Shown here: piece after piece, positions 42,569 through 64,000 of the stretch
How positions within the stretch are numbered: the stretch's first letter is position 1
How the letters are laid out: each line of letters begins with the position of its first letter
DNA from: the human T2T-CHM13v2.0 reference genome, Homo sapiens
DNA length: 64,000 nt
Assembly (NCBI RefSeq): GCF_009914755.1
Contig: NC_060941.1
Reading direction: 5' to 3' (one strand)
Made by a program: the position numbers and the translations under genes
The notes under the pieces: generated by a model
Seen by the model: only the letters and a program-made list of their open reading frames with translations
Told to the model about the DNA's origin: nothing
The model's database searches: none

Positions 42569-42919
42569 CTAGAAAAGAAAATGATGGTGCTGAGCTATCC
42601 CTGGCTTCAGAGTTCCTAGCCTGCAATATGGAAACAACATTAAGTGACAAAAACAGATCTTAAGCATGTGTCATGGCCTAAGCATGAATTGCTCTCTGAG
42701 GCCCCTGGGGTTGATTTTAAGTTAGAAAAAAGAAAGATTAGGGAGGAAAAAAAAAGAGACTAATACGTAAGTCAGAACCAGAAGTCACCTGTTCTATGGC
42801 AGAAACACATCTAACTGTTTTGCAAACATAAAATGGTCAGAAATGCTAGGTTAGATACAGGCAACCTAAGAAATGTAAATGTCCAAGCCACATAGTCAAC
42901 AAGGACTATTCTGTGGAGT

Positions 42920-45809
<2,890 letters not shown>

Positions 45810-47749
45810 TTAGAAAGTGGGGAAATGGAAAAAGATTAAGTGTACTCAGTAGGACTGGATATCTGATAGTACATTTTCCTCCAGGACTCCAAATAGAGTG
45901 GTCAAATGAAGGTTTAACACTGATCTCCAGGTAGGAGACCTGTGATCTTGTCCTATTTCTGCCACGGATCCCCTCTGACCTTGTGGTGACTCAGGCTGGT
46001 GGGCAGGAATTTCTTCATCTGTAAAATGAGACAGAAAAATCTTTCTCCTCCTCCTCTCAGGGATATGGTGGAGGGAGATAAAAAGGGTCATATATACGAA
46101 AGGGATAATTTGGAGTTGGAGTAGGACCTAGTCTTCCACTACGAATCATGATAGGGCCTGAATGTCAGGAGCTGATGAAGGCCAGAGGATGTATTATTTC
46201 AATCCACTTCAGTGTAAATACAAGAGGCCAAAGGGGAGTAGTGCTGGTGATGGTGGAAAAGGCAGACTTGGCACTGGTAGGCAGAGGTCCATGTGAAAGG
46301 TAAGAGAGGCATCTCAGGAGAAGTGCCATGTTAGAAAAGGGCATACTGTAATCCCCAACAAGTAGCTCTCCTTCTAGAAAACTGATGAAGAGGTAACAGA
46401 GGTTTGGAATGAGAGAATTTGGTTCAAACATTGGTTCTGTCAATACCTTTGAGTCCTTGGGAAAGTTAATCTACATTTTTGAGCCTCCGTTTCTTCCTTT
46501 CTAAAATGGAAACCTACGGCCAGCATTCGGTATCCATCTATGGCTGGATGGATAGATAATGGGATAACGTAATTAAAACACCTGGCACACGATGGGCACT
46601 AACATAATATTTCCTTTTCTCCACCGTCTTTACCCCTTTTCCTTCAGCTCCCCTAAACCTTTTCAGGTCCAGCTTTTTTGAGTGGCAAGTTTGAGAGGGC
46701 TCCTGGCTGGCAGGTGCCTCTAACAGGCCTTGCTCTAACCTAATTAGGGATGCACAGGAAAGGATCTTGGAAGGTGGAGAGGCTGGAAGACAGCCTGGTT
46801 TATGGAGAAATTTAACTACAGCTGTGGTTAGGTGGTTGACCTGGCTTTGGCTTGCTTTTAAATATGAACCCTTATGCACGTATTTGAAAAATAATGTCTG
46901 CTTGTTTACTTTCTTTCTTAAAGGCTGAAACTGTTACACACATAAACCACAATCTTAATCATCTCATCCTGTTTCTGCAACCAAGGAAGTCATCATTCAT
47001 TGTGACATCATGTTCGGGGACCAGGCAAATAGAGGTGAGGTCACAACATAGGAAAGTTGCTTGGTGTATAATTAGTGTGGGGAGCACAGGGGGGTGGATT
47101 ACAATGCACAGACAAATTCTAATCCATAGCCTGTAATTTGAGGGTTGGGTCAATCATAATTTGGGTGCAAGCACACCTACTTCCTTTTTTAATAAGGGAG
47201 AATTTAGCTCTTGTTACCCACAAGAGTTCTCAAAGTAGAAAATAATAAACCATGTTCTTGAAGCCAGTACTGAATTATCAAAGCTGAAGGAAGGGAAGCT
47301 AAAGAAAGATTAGGCAACTTGGGGTACAAATGCGTTCAAAATCCTCTCCGTCAGTATGCCAAGTCTCTGGATACCAGTGACTTATTTGCCCTGGGGTGAG
47401 AGAAAACTCCATTTTCCATCAAGCTGGAGAAGCAGCCTTTGTTTTTCAGCCATGGATAAGGCCACTTATTAGGAGGACAACAAGAAGGTAAGACTACTCC
47501 TGTCACTAGTGACTAAACATGGCTCAGTAAGTTAACACACCTCTTCTGCCCATTTCAGCAGCCCATGTTTGGATTTTTAGGCCCTACTGGATTCCAAACA
47601 GTCACCATGGGAAGAGTGGGGTGATTCCAGGGCTGGAAGAGACAAGAAGAAGGGACAAGAATGCCTTCAGGGCTAGGCCGTCTTAGCTCTAGCATATCAG
47701 TGCTCTGGATCAGGCTTTCTGGACAGTCTTCAGAAAGCAGCATTATTAC

Positions 47750-47822
47750 CTTTCGGCGAACAGTGCACCGGTGACACATCCACTCTCCAGGAGGCAACAT
47801 TTCTTCACTCAGTGGAGGGTTA
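47750..47822 (-). CDS. PHF12: PHF12 exon 3, C-terminal part of PHD finger 1 ([24 protein letters not shown])
   Basis: cag/gtaat boundaries, 73 nt, WxCxxC; upstream exons lie outside the window. Confidence 0.94.
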
Positions 47823-48314
47823 CTGTGGGGAACAGACAAGGGCAAGACTAAATAACTAGCCCTTTGAGGCAGTAGGAAAAGCCTAGCTAGGTTTGCATGT
47901 TCCTAAACTCCTATTGTGGTCAGTCCTGCAGGACTGCTAGGGTTGTCTCCTCCAAAATGCCTAAGTCAGCATCACTCATAATAACCTAAGGAGTGACCAT
48001 CCCTTCCCACACCTTAGAGAGAGAAGCCAAATCCAGAGCTATTAACACTGGGTTTGTAGGGAAAGGTATAATAAAATAACTGAGAGGTCCTCCACACTGT
48101 TTTCTTAAAGCCTGTTAGTGTAGAGCCAAGCTTTTCTAACTGCTGTTCAAAGCCCTGTCACATGGTCCCACCGTTCCATCTTCCCAGACCCCTTCAGGTG
48201 CTCTTCCCACTATTCAAATGGAAGACTTCCTATTTCTTCCTCTAGAATACTCTTCCTTTAGAAAGCTATGCCTGTCAAAACTCTATTCATCCTTTCATAC
48301 CTGCCTCAATCAGC

Positions 48315-49128
<814 letters not shown>

Positions 49129-49254
49129 GCTTTTCCATGAGTTCATATTACTCCTGTATCTTGGACCTCTTGCTGCATGGGTTAGTTCTCTTTTGGCACT
49201 TCTCATGCTTTGCCCATTTCAGCAGTTCTCTTACTTATTTTATTAGAGGGACTA

Positions 49255-56353
<7,099 letters not shown>

Positions 56354-58989
56354 TGATCTTAAAGACATGCTGTTAGTTATAAAGCTGTTCATAACAGTAA
56401 AGCCCTAAATCTTCAGAGACTGTACATTCAATTGGAGGGTATGTTTCTCAGTTTGGTGTGGCTCTCTGTGAGGCCTAGAGGGCCTACAAAGTGTTAAGAG
56501 TAATATTAACATACAAACCAATTCCTAAAGCCAACCTCTTCAGCATGACTCCAACATACCTAGACTCCCATAAACAAATCCAAATGGCCCATCTCTACTG
56601 CTGAGAAGGTTATCTAGATCAGTCTATTTCTGGAGTCATCAAGGAGAAAACCACAAACATACATCCCTCAGCTAACTGTAATGCCTATACTGACAGATTT
56701 CTGTTTCAAAGATTCAAATCGAAGCCCAGAGCCAGATGATCCCAACTCTCAGCCCGAGGTTAAAGTTCAGTTTTAATTTAGAATGCCTTGCATTCACTAA
56801 TAAGGCTGCAGCTCAACACTGCAAGTAGAAGATGTTGGTAGTTGTCATGGTTCTTGGCGCTCTAATTAAGAGGATCTATTTCAAGTCATATACCAGTGTG
56901 GTTGATCTGAGTCTAACCTCACTCATCTCCCTCGCCTATTAATACATGTGAACCTGCACGACATTAACATTTACTTCAGATTTAGTCGCTACCAGTGGGA
57001 CCTGTTGCTCCACAGCACCATGTTAATTATCCATCCAGAACAAGCAGTTTCTCAGTCTGGAATTGGAGGGGAGAGCGGGGGATGGGGGAATAAGAGAACA
57101 AAGGGAAGAGGCGAGAGGTAGAGGGAGAGAAAGCAAGTAGATGAAAAATATTTAAGAAAAAGTACACTCCATTTTCTCTTTCTGGATTAACAAAATAATT
57201 CTATTTAATACAAATACTTAACAGGAACACTATGTAAATAGCATATCCATATACAATACACCAACAGCCTACTAAGCAGGTTCTCTTCCAAAAGAGGTCA
57301 GTCACATGAACTGGTAGGGTCTTTCTTGTCAGAACCCGTAATTCTTCAGGAATCAGAAGCTCTCTAGCCATCTATAGCAGTTTCAGTTTCAGTCAAAATA
57401 AAACATCAGTTGGACTAAAAAGAAAGAGTTCACTGCCCCTATCATCATCTGTATGCCTCCCCACCCTTTTTTTTGGTGGGGGAAGAGGTGTTCAGCAAGC
57501 AAACAATAGGACTGAGCAGTTTTGATTTTTAATTTCACAGTTCACGGGGCTCATCCATCCATCTGAGGACCACTACCAGATAAAAATCCTGCAATTATAT
57601 TTAGTCTCACTGTGTAAGACAAACTGCAAAACATAAATACATGCTCAGAACTAGCCTACTCTCCCTCAGACTGGCCCTGCGGCCCTCATCCAGCTCAGAA
57701 AATGTGTTGATACTAGCCAAAATGGGGAGTGAAGGTGATCACTGAAAGGACCACAATCATGTCTCAGCCTCCTAGCAGCCATTTTGCTCTATAAAGGGAG
57801 CCATGAGCACAGAGAACCAGCCTTTTATAAACGAAAACAAACTTATGTCCTGGAAAAGCTAAGTGGTGCTGGGTAAAGTTTAATTTAAATTTTAATTTAA
57901 ATTAAAAGTTGCATTAATACACCCAAATTTTAAAGTGCATGCCTTGAGGGAACAACATTTAATGAAATGTAAATGTCAGCAGAAATAGCTAGCTTCCTCT
58001 GGACACTTGTGTGGGCATCAGCTTTTCTCTTCAAGTATGGCCTGTCTTTTGCAGGAAGATAGCTATATTGAAGGATATTAAAGAGATGGAAGGAGAAAAT
58101 TCATAGGGTCCCTCAACCTTAATCCCTTATCCTCCTTCATCCTGGCTACTGACTCAAACACCACTAATGCCACAAAGTACATAAAAAGGTACAAGGACTG
58201 TTGGGTTTCTCATGCAAAGCCTCAGTGAGAGTGTTAACAAGGAAACAAATGAAGTGCCAGAACATTACAAATGCCCCATTGAGAAACTTAGCTAGTTGCG
58301 TCACTTCCACAGGCAAACAATCCTTTTAAACTGGCTGACTGTGCCCCCAAGTTTTATCGCCTTCTATGTAGAGCTGGCTGGTGGCATCTTCCCGGTAAAG
58401 GACACCTGGATACGAGTGTTACTAGTTAGTACAGGGAAAAAAGGAAGCAGGGAGGGTAGAGCACTGACAGTTATACCAGGTGTTTGCCTCTGCTAACTTT
58501 TCTACAAGCTGAGCCTCAGTCTCAAGGGCCTGATCTATCACTAGCCTGGTTTGGCTATTCTTGCAATTCTGGCTTCTCTACAAAGAAAGATGGGCTGGGG
58601 TGCAAACATTTTAAAAAGGGCCTTCATTAATTCACCTCATGATTGATGCTAGAGCCCACCTGTTTTGGAAAAGGGACAAAATTCTGGCCTCAACGGTAAT
58701 TTTCTCACACTCTTGGGAACATTCCATTGGAAGGAAGAACCAACAACTGCCAACTCTGTATTCTGGAAGAGTCTCAGAGGTATGGAAAGCTGGGTACTAT
58801 TCTATTGCCAAATTTTAACAGACTATCAAGAAAAAGGAAATAGCCAGGTGACACACTTCTTGCAGACACAGCTCAGGAATGTGGGCCAGTTTACAGTTTA
58901 TATATATTGTACCTAAAATTCTATAAAGGCTCAGAAAACAAAAAATACTAACAATGTATTTAAAACCCAACAAAATCAAGAGAGCAGGT

Positions 58990-59284
58990 TTCTTTCTTTC
59001 TTTTTGAGATGGAGTCTCACTCTGTCATCCAGGTTGGAGTGCAATGGCACCATCTCAGCTCACTGCAACCTCCGCCTCCCGGTTCAACTGATTCTCCTGC
59101 CTCAGCCTCCTGAGCGGCTGGGATTACAGGCAGGCACCACCACACCCGGCTAATTTTTGTATTTTTAGTAGAGACGGGGTTTCACCATGTTGGTCAGGCT
59201 GGTCTTGAACTCCTGACCTTGTGATCCGTCCACCTCAGCTTCCCAAAGTGCTAGGATTACAGGTGTGAGCCACCGCACCCAGCC
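58990..59284 (-). mobile_element. AluS-like element with TSD GAGAGCAGGTTTCT
   Basis: Alu motifs and TSD. Confidence 0.9.
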
Positions 59285-62200
59285 TGAGAGCAGGTTTCTA
59301 CTTAAGACCCAGCTGCTTTTTCCTAAGGAGGGACTTTGGTTTAATTTACCCTCCCCTGACAGGGTCTATAGAAACAGGAAAAAGTGAGAATAATACTATT
59401 TGGGCCATGCCAGCACAGGGATTATACCCCCCTACTTTTACCCTTACCCTCTCCCATCCCCCAATTCCACTCATAAACATCAAAGCTCCCCACCCTACAG
59501 GACTGAAGTAATCTCCTGGGCATGCTGTCAAACTGTGCTGTCATGGTTTGATGCCACAGCTAAGTGCTGACTTGGGCTTCCAAAGCCTTCCAGTTATACC
59601 CACCAGTGACCTATTTATGAGTTGAACATACTTCTCCAGAGCCATGATTTTCCCCTTTGGTCCACTTTTCTTTCAGATGGTCCCTAACCAAAGAATGATC
59701 ACCCTAAAGGTCTGCATGTGTACACACAAACGGTGAGCACTCAGGAAAGCCCTCAAAGAAAGGCAGCAAGCATACAAACCTTGGACATGCGTTATTTGCT
59801 ATAACAAATAAAATGGAGATACTTTTCTTAACATACAGCTTACTTCAACACCAACAAACTGTAGCCTGCAGTCAGATGCCTAATATCACAGAATTAGGCA
59901 TTTCCTTTGGTATGACAGTTTGCTAAGTTAAAATGGCTAAGTGTCACCCATGCCAGGCAAAACAACAAGGACCACAAAGGAGGGATACAGCAAAACAAAA
60001 ATGACAAAGCAAAACAATGTTTATTAAAAAGCCAAAATTACTGACAACTCTCTCTACATTTTAGATGATGCTTTTGCAAAAAATGGCAAATAAGATCAGG
60101 GAAAGTTAAATATAGCCAACCTATGTATCGAACTATGACAAGTTACAGGTTTAGGCACATTTAATGAGATTAATGGAGTATAATTTTCACAATTATAATG
60201 TATTCTGACCAGTAATTGATGACTGCTAATTGAAAAAGTTCACTGTAGAGTTTCCCTCTAAAGCTGAGAATCAGCAGAACTATGATGGTTTAGTGAACGT
60301 GGGAATTAACGAGCACTCAGCTGATCACAGGAGCCTAGGGGTAGTGGAAAGAAAAGCAAGAGTAGGTCATCATTGCCTTATTTCATAATGCAGAGGCTTC
60401 TTTAAATTCACTTGAAGCTCTGTGCATTTCATTAGTTTCTCTGCTCTGTTCTCTGCACAAATGCAGACAGGAGAAAAATAATATTCAACATCCCTCTGAG
60501 GACCATAGCTGAGTAAAAAAGATGCTTGTGCTGCCACAAACAGGGGTCCACCTGGAACTCAAGCTTGCTAGTAATTCTGAGAGGTTCCCCTATCCCTGCC
60601 TGGCTTGGAGGTAAAGTGATGTCTTTGGGCTACCGTTAAATTCAAACCCTGCAGAGAGTCCTCTTTTGCTCACTCAAGCTTATTTCAAAACGAGCCTCAC
60701 GCAGAGAGCCCAGATCAGTAGGAAAGACTGACGCTACATTCAGGCACGGAGTTGCTCCCTGCCCTGCTGTTACTCTGTATGTCTTTTGTCCTGTCAAGGC
60801 TGAGAAACATTTCTTGGGAGATATCCCATAAAATTTGTCAGAAAACAGGGGAGAGGCAAAAATTAAACACCAAAGTCACTAACTTAAAAGAAAGCAAATG
60901 TAATTAGGGGAAAAGAAATTTTCACCTTGTGTCTGTGTTAACAAAGGTATCATCCACTTGGAATAACCCAGATATCATTTTTGTTCCCCAACTACTGTTT
61001 ACCTTTGCATGTCTCTCATCTGTAATACCACTAGGAATTACACGGCAGTGAGAAGAGGAAATGGGTCAGCCTCCGGCTTTTAAGTAGTTTAGTGAGCATT
61101 TATGTAGTACGATTGTAGCAAAAGGGAAAGTAGGCAGCAGAGCAAAAGGGACTCACTCTCTGAGTGAGCAAGTCAAGTTTTTCATTACTTTGAAAATTGC
61201 ATCAATCTGCAAGGTGCACATGTAATTTACTTATTGTGAATTCCACAACAGCTCTATGTAGTAGTCAAGTTCCTTCCTGCTGATGGGTCAACTCATGGAT
61301 TCCTCCTTTTATTAGTGTCTATTGTATGCCTCAGCTTTTGCCTCACACAAAATGTGCTAAAACCTCATCTTTGTTCTTATTTGCTGAGACTTAGGTTTAG
61401 GAATAACCTTAGGCTTAAAGGATAAGGATTTTGATATCTGGAAATGGCAGGCAGAAAAAGGAGTCACATTCTCATTCTTCTTAACTGCTCTCAAGTCCTG
61501 GGAAAAGCAGTCAGCTAGTGACCTGTGCATGCGTCCTGGGCATGGTGACAAATCTGCAATACCAAAGTGGCTTTCTGAAATTTGGTCTAGGACTTGCACT
61601 GAATACAATGTCCTCCTCTTTCAGGAAACTGGCAGGGGTACAGCCGTGCTCCTGTCCTGTATTCTCTTGGGAGGCACGCATTATGCAGAGGTTCTCTTCT
61701 AAGTGTCACTCATTGAATGGCAATGCAGCTGGCCATGTTGTACTCCCTGGGGCCTCTAAGTCAAAGGAGGAGCCCAGTGGAGGGGGGAAAACAGACTTTT
61801 TTTTTTTTTTTTTCCTGTTCTGGTGACTTAAAACGCTGGACCTTAAAACTTGAATGCATTTCCAGGAGCTTGTGCTGCATTAATATATAAGGGCTACCAT
61901 AAACCCAAACGGAATCTTTTATCAGGGTGGCCTACTTAACTGCATACCCAAGGAATTGTCCCTGTGTTGGGGTTGGGACAAGAAAGTTGAGAGATGGATT
62001 TCAGTATGCTTACCCATTATCAAAAGCCCAGAGTATTAATCTATTTTCTATTACTCTTCTTGTGGGAGAAAAGATGTACCCATTTCTGTTCAAGAAGCAG
62101 GACAGCTGCATTTTTAGGTAGCAAAAATCCTCTTGGGAGGATCAAAGCAGATGGTTTCTTTTTATGAGCCATATAAAACTGTCCAGTAAATATTCTCTGC

Positions 62201-62369
62201 GCTCTCTTTATTTACTGTTATCTGGGCTTATATAAAGATACAAATACACAGGTGAGTTTGCTGTAATATACAAACAACTTTTTGTTCTTGTTAACTGGGC
62301 TCAAAAGACAGCACATTTTAATTGACCTGAAGTTATTTCCACCACAACCAATAAAACTGAGACAATTAA

Positions 62370-64000
<1,631 letters not shown>

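Overview
Primate (human-type) genomic DNA, recognised from translated exons as the FLOT2-DHRS13-PHF12 cluster (human 17q11.2). All three genes lie in tandem on the minus strand. FLOT2 is complete (11 coding exons, 1287 nt, 428 aa) and has an extra duplicated 91-nt exon. DHRS13 is complete (5 exons, 1134 nt, 377 aa). PHF12 is represented by coding exons 3-15; exons 1-2 lie beyond the right edge. All exon boundaries were read by hand (GT-AG, phases consistent). Introns are dense in Alu, with L2/MIR/L1 fragments, hAT-Charlie DNA transposons, an MLT1 LTR and a solo ERV1 LTR2-family element inserted in an Alu. I found no prokaryotic-type system, CRISPR array or RNA gene, and most ORFs in the supplied track are antisense shadows or Alu-derived. 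The most interesting signals concern RNA processing: (1) a tandem-duplicated, apparently mutually exclusive FLOT2 exon; (2) the DHRS13 poly(A) signal lying inside the FLOT2 promoter, with an in-frame DHRS13-FLOT2 read-through splice possible; (3) a duplicated 5' splice site in DHRS13; (4) a candidate poison exon and truncating intron read-through isoforms in PHF12. Some of these may already be annotated; I cannot check databases. Repeat boundaries are approximate.
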